NCBI GenBank assembly: GCA_963812015.1
Contig: CAWETI010000003.1
Coordinates: 1,600,001-1,664,000 of the forward strand
Direction of reading: 5' to 3'
Source of the DNA: an uncultured delta proteobacterium
Lineage (GTDB): Bacteria > Desulfobacterota > Desulfobaccia > Desulfobaccales > 0-14-0-80-60-11
Length of the DNA: 64,000 nt
Below the pieces are notes generated by a model, which was not told the DNA's origin, ran no database searches, and saw only the letters and a list, made by a program, of their open reading frames with translations. Position numbers and translations under genes: made by a program. Shown here piece after piece: positions 55,881 through 64,000 of the stretch. Position 1 is the first letter of the stretch; every line of letters starts with the position of its first letter.

Positions 55881-56831
55881 TTATTTCCCTCCAGGCTTCC
55901 CTTTGCCGCGAATCAGGGCTTCGGGATGCTGGTCAAGATAATTGGTCAACTGCCGAATTGACCTACTCATGGCAGAAATCTCCTGCAGCGTGTTCTCCAA
56001 ATCTACTATCAGCGGTGAGTCTTGGGAGAGGATACCTCTGGCCGTGGACATGGTTTTATCCAAACCGGTCGCCACCCCTCCCACCTGGCCGTCAATATTG
56101 CGGGCCAGCTTGCCGAAATCTTTGACGGTTTTTTTCACGTCGTCCACCAGCGGGTCCACCTGGCGGTCCACCCTGGTGAGGAGCTTGCGGGCGTCCTCAA
56201 GAGTATCATGCAGGGCACGAATGCTGGCGGCCAGGTCCGGGTTGTTAACGAGTTTAGAGATGCCTTCCAGGGTCGATTCCAAATGCTTTTCCAGGGCCGT
56301 GAGATCCAGCTTCCCCAGGGCATTGGCCAGCTTTTCGGAGGTGGACGGGCAGGTTGGAATCACCACATAGTCCTTATAGTCTTTGTCGATTTGGGCTGGA
56401 GCATAGCAGAGACCTGACCCGGGAGCAAAATCAAGCTGGATCATTAACTGACCGGTAATAAAACTCTGCGTAATCAGCTGGGCCCGCAGGCCCCTTTCGA
56501 TGAGCTTCGTCGCAACTTCCCGGTAATTTCTTTTTCCAGCTCGCACCTTCCATCGGTCCGGATCGATTTCGATGAGGATGGGGATTTGTGTTGTCATCTT
56601 AGCCAGGTCGGCTTGGAGAGTAATGCTGGTCACAGACCCGACCTGAACGCCCTGGAACAGCACCGGTGCGCCCACATTCAATCCGGTGATGGATTCATTA
56701 AAGTACAAAATGTATTTGTTGGTTTTCTGGAAGAATTTGCCCGAACCGAATACGACCAGGCTGGCGGCCATAAGGATCACTGCGAGGACCACGAAACCGC
56801 CGATCATCATTCTGTTTGCTTGCTTAGCCAT
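55881..56831 (-). CDS. MlaD/MCE-domain protein
   Basis: IGGFV, GLNVGAPVLFQGVQVGSV, GLRAQL and HPEALIRG motifs. Confidence 0.93.
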   Translation of the reverse strand: MAKQANRMMIGGFVVLAVILMAASLVVFGSGKFFQKTNKYILYFNESITGLNVGAPVLFQGVQVGSVTSITLQADLAKMTTQIPILIEIDPDRWKVRAGKRNYREVATKLIERGLRAQLITQSFITGQLMIQLDFAPGSGLCYAPAQIDKDYKDYVVIPTCPSTSEKLANALGKLDLTALEKHLESTLEGISKLVNNPDLAASIRALHDTLEDARKLLTRVDRQVDPLVDDVKKTVKDFGKLARNIDGQVGGVATGLDKTMSTARGILSQDSPLIVDLENTLQEISAMSRSIRQLTNYLDQHPEALIRGKGKPGGK

Positions 56832-56849
56832 CTCTGCCCATCCTATCGG

Positions 56850-57638
56850 TTAAGATTTCTCGCCCCGGGTTAAAAACAGGCGCAAATCGGGATCCCGGGT
56901 TTCGGCCAAAAGCTGGTTCGGGTTGCCCATGGCCGTCATGGTTCGTTTGGATACATCCAAGAATACGGAATTGCTGCCAATCGCAAATATGCTGGCCAAC
57001 TCATGGGTCACTACCACCATGGTGGTGCCCAGGCTGTCACGCAGTTCCAGGATCAGGTCATCCAGACGGCGGGCGCTCACCGGATCCAACCCGGCGGAAG
57101 GCTCATCGAAAAACAGGATCTCCGGATCGAGGGCCATGGCCCGGGCGATACCGGCCCGTTTCTGCATCCCGCCGCTGATCTCCGAGGGATAAAACTCTTC
57201 GAATCCGGCCATCCCCACCAGGGCCAGTTTCAGTTTGACAACCTCACGAATCTGGCCCGGGCTTAAATCCGTATAGAGCTCCAGGGGCAGGGCGATATTC
57301 TCGGCCAGGGTCATGGAGCTCCAGAGCGCCCCGCTCTGGTACATCACCCCGGCCCGGCGAATGATCCGGTCGCGGGTCTGTTGATCGGCTCCCCAGAAAT
57401 CGACATCTCCATAAAAGACCTTGCCCTTGGCCGGGGCCTTCAAGCCGATTAAAATGGTCATCATGGTGCTCTTGCCGCAGCCGCTGCCGCCCATGATGAT
57501 GAAGATGTCCCCCCGGTTTATGGTAAAAGTCAGGTCCCTCATAAGGACAAAGTCGCCATAAGCCATGGTGAGATCGCGCACCGTTATGTGGGCTTCTTTT
57601 TCCGTCATTGTCACTTTATCCTGAGGCGCTGTTGGCAT
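56850..57638 (-). CDS. MlaF-like ABC ATPase
   Basis: GGSGCGKST, ISGGMQKRAG, FDEPSAGLDP and VTHE motifs. Confidence 0.95.
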   Translation of the reverse strand: MPTAPQDKVTMTEKEAHITVRDLTMAYGDFVLMRDLTFTINRGDIFIIMGGSGCGKSTMMTILIGLKAPAKGKVFYGDVDFWGADQQTRDRIIRRAGVMYQSGALWSSMTLAENIALPLELYTDLSPGQIREVVKLKLALVGMAGFEEFYPSEISGGMQKRAGIARAMALDPEILFFDEPSAGLDPVSARRLDDLILELRDSLGTTMVVVTHELASIFAIGSNSVFLDVSKRTMTAMGNPNQLLAETRDPDLRLFLTRGEKS

Positions 57639-57642
57639 TCCC

Positions 57643-58776
57643 TCATATCCCCAGCATGTTGCACAAAATGGTGATCACGGCGGTGGAGAGGATAATCCCG
57701 ACAATGGCGGTGACCACCGCGGATGTGGCCGCGTCACCCACCGCCGAGGCGCTGCGGCCGCACTGCATGCCCCGCATGCAGCCGGCCAGCGCCACAATGA
57801 CGCCGAACACGAGGCCGGAAAACAGGCCGATGCCCAGATTCCAGAGACCCACCGCCTTCGCCGTCTCGTTATAGTATTCTATAAAGCCGATATTGAGCAG
57901 CCCTACCCCCACCACCATGCCCCCCAGTATGCCCATGATATTGGCGTAAAGACACAGCAAGGGCATCATCACCGCCAGGGCCAGCATACGCGGCAGCACC
58001 AGAAACTCCATGGGTGATATGCCCAGGGTTTTCAGGGCATCGATCTCCTGGTTCACCTGCATGGTCCCCAGCTGAGCGGCAAAGGCGCCCCCCGTGCGGC
58101 CGGCCATGACGATGCCGGTCATAATCGCCGCCATCAGGCGAACCATGGCAATGCCCACCAAATCGGCCACATAAATCTGGGCCCCGAAGAGCTTCAACTG
58201 GATGGCGCCGATAAACGCTAGGATCAACCCCACCAAAAAACAGATGAGGGAGACGATGGGCAACGCCTGGGCGCTAACGGCCTGCGTGATTAAGCCCAGG
58301 TCGGAGCGGCGGTACTGGGCCTTGCCCCGCAGCAGATTCAGGACGGCAATGACCGTATCGCCGAGGAATTCCAGCATTTCACCTGCAGATCGGAAGAGCT
58401 CGACGGTTTGGTTACCCAAATGGGTGAGAAACGACACCCGCCCCTCAGCCTGGCGGGCATCTTTCTTTTCCGGTACCGCCAAGGCCAATTCCAACAGTCT
58501 CTTCGCTCCTGGGGGCAGTCCGTCGCGGTTCAAGAGAATTTTTTGCTGGGAGCAGAGCGTGCCTAAGTTCATCAGGAAGGTCAACAGCCCGGAGTCCCAC
58601 TGGGTCAGCTCCCGGGTGTCGAAGACCAAGTTACGGACCCCGGCCCTGCCTGCGAGCCTTTGTTGAACCTTATCGGCCCCGGGCAGTTCACCCCCCAGCT
58701 TCCACTCTCCGGAAAGAATCACCTTCAGCGTGTCTGCTGAGGGTTGCTCCAGGATCATTTCACCACGGGCCGTCAT
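57643..58776 (-). CDS. MlaE-like ABC permease with an N-terminal STAS-like domain
   Basis: AGRTGGAFAAQLGTMQVNQEIDAL, LVLPR and VGDAATSAVV motifs. Confidence 0.93.
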   Translation of the reverse strand: MTARGEMILEQPSADTLKVILSGEWKLGGELPGADKVQQRLAGRAGVRNLVFDTRELTQWDSGLLTFLMNLGTLCSQQKILLNRDGLPPGAKRLLELALAVPEKKDARQAEGRVSFLTHLGNQTVELFRSAGEMLEFLGDTVIAVLNLLRGKAQYRRSDLGLITQAVSAQALPIVSLICFLVGLILAFIGAIQLKLFGAQIYVADLVGIAMVRLMAAIMTGIVMAGRTGGAFAAQLGTMQVNQEIDALKTLGISPMEFLVLPRMLALAVMMPLLCLYANIMGILGGMVVGVGLLNIGFIEYYNETAKAVGLWNLGIGLFSGLVFGVIVALAGCMRGMQCGRSASAVGDAATSAVVTAIVGIILSTAVITILCNMLGI

Positions 58777-58821
58777 GTGCCATTTTCTCCATGGTAGCTC
58801 TTGAGCTAATAATTGGGGGCT

Positions 58822-60162
58822 TCATCCTTCCTCTGACCCAGTCCGAAGCATTGCTTCAGGAATAGATTTGAGGTGCACATCCCGTTGGGGATAGGGCATT
58901 TCTATACCATGCTCCTGGAACCGCTGCAAGATGCCCCTGAAGAGATCGCTCTTGACAGAGGCGATGCCGTTCTGCGGGTCGTTAATCCACACCCGTACTT
59001 CCAGGTTGACGGCATTATCTCCCAAACCTGTTATAAGGTAGGCAGGTTTAGGATCTTTGAGTACCCGGTGGGTATCCGTAGCCGCCGCCAACATCAGTTC
59101 CCTGGCTTTCTCCAGATCAGAACCGTAGGCAACGCCAACGGGAACTCTTAACCGGACGAGGTTCTGACTGTAAGACCAGTTGATCACTTCTTCGGTTATC
59201 AGGTTTTCATTGGGGATAAGATGCTCGATGCCGTCCCGGGTGACCACGGAGACATAGCGGCTTCCCAGAAAATTGATCCAGCCGTAGGTGTCCTTTAACT
59301 GTATCACATCGCCGGGCTTGATGGATTTGTCCCCCAGAAGGATGAAACCGCTCACCAGGTTGGCAAAGATTTTTTGCAGGCCGAAACCCAGCCCCAATCC
59401 CAGGGCGCCGCCGAAGAGGGCGAAGACGGTGAGATCGAGCCCCAGGTAATGTAAGACTATGACGCCACAGGCGGAAACGAGCAGAATGCTGCCGAGCCTA
59501 TACAATAGGATTTGGACTGCAGAAGTTAAACCTGATTTTATTGTCAGCCAGAAATGAAAAAATATCCGCAGGTTTTTAGATACCCAGTAAAGCGCTAACA
59601 CCAGGAAAAAGGCCCGATTAACCTGTAAGAGGGAAAAGTGCACTTGCCCGAGATGAAAATCAACACCCTGCAAAAAACGGAACCATAAGTCGATGTAATT
59701 GAAAAGACCGAGAGAGGACAAGAGAACGGCGTAAACCCAAATAGCCATGGCCAGAATTTTGGCCCCAAAGCGGTTTTTCATCCTGTCGGTGAATAATCGC
59801 ACCAGGGTCAGGCCAACCAGCAACATGCCTGCGGCGTACAATTCATTGTGGCGCCACTGGAAATGGTCGGCGATATTATAGGCAATCGCCAATAGAATAA
59901 AGGCGAGAAAGGCATCAATAACCTTGACGAAATGCACGAGTATCGCCAGGTCGGCACCAGCTTCTGGATTTGTTGCGTGTTGCTCCTGTTGGCGGCGCAA
60001 CCAGGCGCGCATACCCCCGCTTATTTTGTAGGCTAACAGAAGAGCGCAGCCGATAACCACGATCTGGGCCGCCAGGGCCCAGGAAAGCACGTGCTGAAAG
60101 AAATATTCCCGGGCCTGGGACCCGATTTTGTCCAACTGGGCCAGATCAAAAAGACTACCCAT
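58822..60162 (-). CDS. MscS-family mechanosensitive channel
   Basis: GALGLGLGFGLQKIFANLVSG, IKPGDVI, LIPNE, VGVAYGSD and PYPQRDVH motifs. Confidence 0.93.
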   Translation of the reverse strand: MGSLFDLAQLDKIGSQAREYFFQHVLSWALAAQIVVIGCALLLAYKISGGMRAWLRRQQEQHATNPEAGADLAILVHFVKVIDAFLAFILLAIAYNIADHFQWRHNELYAAGMLLVGLTLVRLFTDRMKNRFGAKILAMAIWVYAVLLSSLGLFNYIDLWFRFLQGVDFHLGQVHFSLLQVNRAFFLVLALYWVSKNLRIFFHFWLTIKSGLTSAVQILLYRLGSILLVSACGVIVLHYLGLDLTVFALFGGALGLGLGFGLQKIFANLVSGFILLGDKSIKPGDVIQLKDTYGWINFLGSRYVSVVTRDGIEHLIPNENLITEEVINWSYSQNLVRLRVPVGVAYGSDLEKARELMLAAATDTHRVLKDPKPAYLITGLGDNAVNLEVRVWINDPQNGIASVKSDLFRGILQRFQEHGIEMPYPQRDVHLKSIPEAMLRTGSEEG

Positions 60163-60696
60163 GATGCCTCTCCCTGTGGAAATCAACCGATCTCGGCGAA
60201 ATCAAGCTCCGGTGTGCTTGTAGCCTTTCCTTTCAGCTCTCCGCAAGAACCGATAATCTTATCAACGGCAAGATAGCATAAGTTTCCTCGCAAAAATATC
60301 TTTTCCCTGAATTTTGGGCAAACCAATCCCTTGGCAACCAGATGCTATCTGGCTCTGGTTAGCCTGAGGACTCCAGGCCAGCACTGATCGGCAATGGTGC
60401 GGCAGGAGAAAGGCGGAGGCTACATACATGGAAATACCATCTCCGGGCTTGGTAAGAAATCCTGGTGCCCCTGACTGCAAGATATCTTGCCAAACCCTTC
60501 ACTTATCACCGAACCGGCAAAAACTGCAGATATGATCTTCTTATCTTGCACCGGCATCTGTGGAGAGGAAGATTTCAGATGTCGTCGATAGGAGAACGCC
60601 AGGTTATCGGTGGAAACTGCAGGCGGCCATCAGTTTGAAAAGAGTCGATATGGTCTGAATATAGAAGGTTTTTGGCTTCGTGATAAGTGTCGGAGC

Positions 60697-60827
60697 ATAG
60701 CAGATAGCGAAAGACTTAAAGTCGGGCTTTCTCCTGGTGGGCAAACCGCTTCCTGCTCATCTCCCGGCCTCTCTTTGACCCACTACTCGAACATAACTGG
60801 TGGATCAGTTTTCGGGGGGGCAGGTCA
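60697..60827 (-). mobile_element. IS3-like left-end remnant (copy 2)
   Basis: Minus strand TGACCTGCCCCCCCGAAAACTGATCCA, then an RBS and a short ORF beginning MSRKRF. Confidence 0.6.
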
Positions 60828-60854
60828 GTTGCTTTTTATCCCTTCCGAAAACGA

Positions 60855-62765
60855 TCAGCCAATTTTGATCGCCCGGACCTCTCTGGCGCGTTCATCGACC
60901 GGGATCACGGGCAGTTCGCCCTTGTTCTTGACCGGCAGGCTGCGGAGGTGGTCCATGATCGCCTGCCATTCCTTGATCTCCCGGGAGGCTTTCTTCTTCC
61001 CCCCAGTGGCGACACTGCGCTTGTCCAACGTACCCTTCGGCGGTAGCAGGTCGGGCGTGCTGCTGCGGGGGTCGTCGAGTGCCTCGACCTTCGACTTGAG
61101 GGGCTGTCCCTTCTTGTCCTTGGGAACAAGAGCCAGTTTACCCTTGGTGTACTTCGGGATGGCCATGACAATCATGCCGAGCATCAGGGGGCAGGTGAGG
61201 CTGTACAACCGCTCGTCCTTCCCGATGATGTCGATCGCGCGGTAGCCGCGATCGAGGTCTCCCATCTCGATGGCCGTCACGACGTCGAACTTGGGCCGCG
61301 ACTGGTCGTAGCGGAACCTCATGCCGGAGGTGCGGGGGAAATACTCGCCGGGGTGGGCCGGGCTGTCAACGAGGAAAAACTCGAGCAGATTCTTCAGCTC
61401 TTGGCCGGTGAAGTAGCCAGTCACGAGTGCGCTGCCGGCCGTGGTATCCACGACACCGGCGCCGAGGGGCGCCACGGCGAACACATCATAGACGGTTTGC
61501 ACGCCTGATTTTCCCCGGGTCAAGCCGGCGCGCATCAGCCCGTTGGCGGTGAATGCGATGTCCGCTTTCGTGGCCTTTCTGAAGGCGTCGGTACAGAGGT
61601 TGGCGAGGAGGGTGCTGGCGGCGATGTCGGTGAAGGTGTTGGGCAGGTCCCGCGGCGCCACCGCCAGCGGCTGATCGATGCTGTAACCACGGGATGCGAA
61701 CACGACCCCGGTGACACTCTTCTTGAGCTTGTCGATCTCGTCGGCAATGGCCCGATCGCCGGCAATAGTGTCGTCTATCGGGTAGAGCCGGTAGGACTCG
61801 ACCGTCAGCTTGCCACCGTCCATTGTGACCACCAGCTCGCCAAGGTTCTCTCCATACTTCCCGGTCTGGACCACTGGGGTGCGGCCGTTGACGATGATCG
61901 CCTCCTGCAGCTCGGTGTGGCTGTGGCCGCCGATCACCACGTCGATGCCCGGCACAGCCTTGGCCAGACTCACGTCGTCGCCCTCGCTGAAGCGCCCGTC
62001 CTTCCCTTTCTGCACGCCGCCATGGCTGAGACAGATGACCACATCCACCTTCTCTGTACCGCGGAGAAGCGTCACCATCTCCCTGGCGGTCTCGATGGCG
62101 TCGGTGAACGCAACGGCACCTGCACCACTGGTGTAGAACTGGGCCTCCTTGCCGAGCACCCCGAAGATGCCGAAACGAATGCCGCCGCGCTCGATCACGA
62201 GGTGGCGGCGGATCACCCCGGCCTCGGCCAGACGCTGGAGATCGGCCAGCGCTGCGTCTTGCTGCGCGAAGCCGCTATTCGAGGCAAGCACCGCCGGAAC
62301 CCGGCCGGCTTTCGAGGCCACGCCGATGGACCTGCCCAGGCCGTCAGGCCCGAGGTCGAATTCATGGTTTCCGAAGGTGGTGGCGTCATAGCCCATCAGG
62401 GACATGAGCTGCAATTCGCCACCGGTCTCGCGGGTAGCGGCGCCGAACGCAGTCCCCATGCTGTAGTCACCCGCGTCAAGCACCAGCACCGGACCCTGAT
62501 CTTTGCGCGCCTCCTTCCTCTTAGCAATCAACGCGGCCAGACGCGCGTACCCGCCCCGGGTCGTGTCGTCGTTGAGCGCGAATGGGGTGTAGTCCTGGGC
62601 TGGCCCCATGCCTATGAAGTTCGAGTGCATGTCGTTGGTGTGCAGGATGGTGAAGGTCTTCTTCCCGTTCGGGGCCGCGGATAGTACTCCAGGCAGGAAG
62701 ATCGTCACGCCGAATGCCGCTGAGAGAACCAGGAACTCGCGACGGGAGATCGTTTCGCGTGACAT
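60855..62765 (-). CDS. Tat-exported 5'-nucleotidase / metallophosphoesterase
   Basis: SRREFL twin-arginine signal; LHTNDMH, DAGD, GNHEFD, LSH and GGHSH motifs; start could be as far upstream as 62837. Confidence 0.92.
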   Translation of the reverse strand: MSRETISRREFLVLSAAFGVTIFLPGVLSAAPNGKKTFTILHTNDMHSNFIGMGPAQDYTPFALNDDTTRGGYARLAALIAKRKEARKDQGPVLVLDAGDYSMGTAFGAATRETGGELQLMSLMGYDATTFGNHEFDLGPDGLGRSIGVASKAGRVPAVLASNSGFAQQDAALADLQRLAEAGVIRRHLVIERGGIRFGIFGVLGKEAQFYTSGAGAVAFTDAIETAREMVTLLRGTEKVDVVICLSHGGVQKGKDGRFSEGDDVSLAKAVPGIDVVIGGHSHTELQEAIIVNGRTPVVQTGKYGENLGELVVTMDGGKLTVESYRLYPIDDTIAGDRAIADEIDKLKKSVTGVVFASRGYSIDQPLAVAPRDLPNTFTDIAASTLLANLCTDAFRKATKADIAFTANGLMRAGLTRGKSGVQTVYDVFAVAPLGAGVVDTTAGSALVTGYFTGQELKNLLEFFLVDSPAHPGEYFPRTSGMRFRYDQSRPKFDVVTAIEMGDLDRGYRAIDIIGKDERLYSLTCPLMLGMIVMAIPKYTKGKLALVPKDKKGQPLKSKVEALDDPRSSTPDLLPPKGTLDKRSVATGGKKKASREIKEWQAIMDHLRSLPVKNKGELPVIPVDERAREVRAIKIG

Positions 62766-63004
62766 GAGAGTGAAGGTCTCCTTCCCGTCTGCTATTGAGG
62801 GCGGATCTTTGTCTGTGGTTTTCATTGTTGTGGCCACCGCTTAAAAATAGGTTTTGGAGATCTCTTTCCCGAGTACGTGGCGGGAATTCCTGGAAGCTCT
62901 GCAGCCAGTTACCCATTTCATTTGTTCCTCTCGCCTCGACCGAGAATTCGCGGGCCACCCCGTGGAGGCAGCGGCCCGTGTGGTTCACAAACGAACCAAT
63001 CGGA

Positions 63005-64000
63005 TTACTTCGATCCAGCGCCCTCCTGCAGCTTTTGCATGACCTGATCAATGCTGAAGCTGGCTGGCTTCTGGCTCGGCGGGAAATCCTTGAACGTCTT
63101 CAGGAACTTCCCAACGTAGGCCTGCGCCGGCACCAGCAGGAACGCATGATCGAGCAACCAATCGTAGTAGGTGTTCGAGGTGATTTCCGCGCGTTCATAG
63201 GGATCGGTGCGAAGGTTGAAAATTAGGGGCACACGCAGATCCGTGAACGGTTCGGCCCAGATTCGCATGGTGCCCGGTGCCCGCTGCTCAGCAAACACGA
63301 GTTTCCAGTTGTCATAGCGGAGAGCTATCAGTCCGCCTTCGTCGCTGAAATAGAAGAACTCGGTTCGCGGACCCTTCTTTTCCTGACCAGTCAGGTAGGG
63401 CACGAAGTTGTAGCCGTCCAGATGCACTTTGTAGGTCGTTTTGCCAATATGGTAGCCCTTGAGGAGTTGCTCTTTAATATCCGGTACGCCCGCGGCCGCG
63501 AGCAACGTTGGGGCCCAGTCCAAGTGCGACATGATGTCATTAGAGACCGTGCCGGGTTTGATCTTGCCAGGCCAGCGAACCATGGCGGGGACGCGATACG
63601 CGCCTTCCCAATTCGAGTTCTTCTCGCTGCGGAAGGGCGTCATCGCCGCATCCGGCCAGGAGTTCATGTGCGGACCGTTGTCGGTGCTGTAAAAGACGAT
63701 GGTGTTGTCGGCGATCTTTAATTCGTCAAGCTTGTTGAGTACCGTGCCGACGTTTTTGTCATGGTCGATCATCGTGTCGTGGTAGGGACTCTGCCAGCGG
63801 CCGGACTGGCCGAGGCTTTCCGGCTTGGTATGGGTGCGGAAGTGCATGTGTGTGAAATTGACCCACACAAACACCGGCTTGCCAGCCTCGGTCTGCTTCT
63901 CGATGAACTCAGCCGCGCGAGCCGCGATGTCGTCGTCGATGGTTTCCATGCGTTTCTTGGTCAGCGGGCCGGTGTCCTCGATCTTCTGCGTGCCATCAGG
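63005..64000 (-). CDS. Arylsulfatase (5' end lies outside the window)
   Basis: THMH, STDNG, FRSEKNSNWEGAYRVP and HLDW motifs; frame is open to the window edge. Confidence 0.93.
   Translation of the reverse strand, partial: PDGTQKIEDTGPLTKKRMETIDDDIAARAAEFIEKQTEAGKPVFVWVNFTHMHFRTHTKPESLGQSGRWQSPYHDTMIDHDKNVGTVLNKLDELKIADNTIVFYSTDNGPHMNSWPDAAMTPFRSEKNSNWEGAYRVPAMVRWPGKIKPGTVSNDIMSHLDWAPTLLAAAGVPDIKEQLLKGYHIGKTTYKVHLDGYNFVPYLTGQEKKGPRTEFFYFSDEGGLIALRYDNWKLVFAEQRAPGTMRIWAEPFTDLRVPLIFNLRTDPYERAEITSNTYYDWLLDHAFLLVPAQAYVGKFLKTFKDFPPSQKPASFSIDQVMQKLQEGAGSK

Larger units (their letters stand above)
53260..64000. mobile_element. Second genomic island with a P4-type integrase (right boundary not seen)
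   Basis: Integrase ~250 bp after the tRNA 3' repeat; GGGGTA arm-like repeats; IS remnants; no further att copy seen in the window. Confidence 0.6.

Noticed and set aside
60316..60370. c-di-GMP-I riboswitch suggested by GGGCAAACC
   Set aside because: No GNRA tetraloop/receptor and no GCAAAG...CTAA P2 elements follow.

Overview
This is a GC-rich bacterial chromosome segment whose gene content suggests an anaerobic Desulfobacterota/deltaproteobacterium (inference). Positions 1-40.0 kb are mostly core genome: a fused nuoEF followed by nuoA and nuoB with a hicAB cassette between them, uvrC, rpsB-tsf-pyrH-frr-uppS, the hopanoid genes shc-hpnA-hpnH, lon, two CNNM/hemolysin genes, larC and an ECF sigma/anti-sigma module, with many REP/MITE-like palindromes in between. 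At tRNA-Leu(CAA) (40032-40118) a ~13.1 kb satellite-like integrative element is inserted, bounded by 56-bp att repeats (40063-40118 and 53204-53259). It carries an integrase, an HTH regulator, an excisionase-like HTH, a primase-helicase and cargo. A second island, with a P4-type integrase, follows immediately and carries Mla/Pqi-type ABC genes, MscS, a 5'-nucleotidase and an arylsulfatase, and probably runs past the window edge. Two candidates stand out. (1) An unannotated 69-codon ORF (5334-5543, minus strand) has a lipoprotein-type signal peptide, an in-frame UGA in a C-G-C-U-G-G motif and a hairpin matching the bacterial SECIS model. It is a candidate small seleno-lipoprotein, directly upstream of a catalytically degenerate KptA/Tpt1-like gene. 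(2) A tightly coupled three-gene operon in the mobile element (HNH-HIT fusion, NUDIX hydrolase, SRA-HNH nuclease) is a candidate anti-phage system that may combine nucleotide-pool hydrolysis with modification-dependent restriction. All calls come from reading the sequence; no database searches were run.
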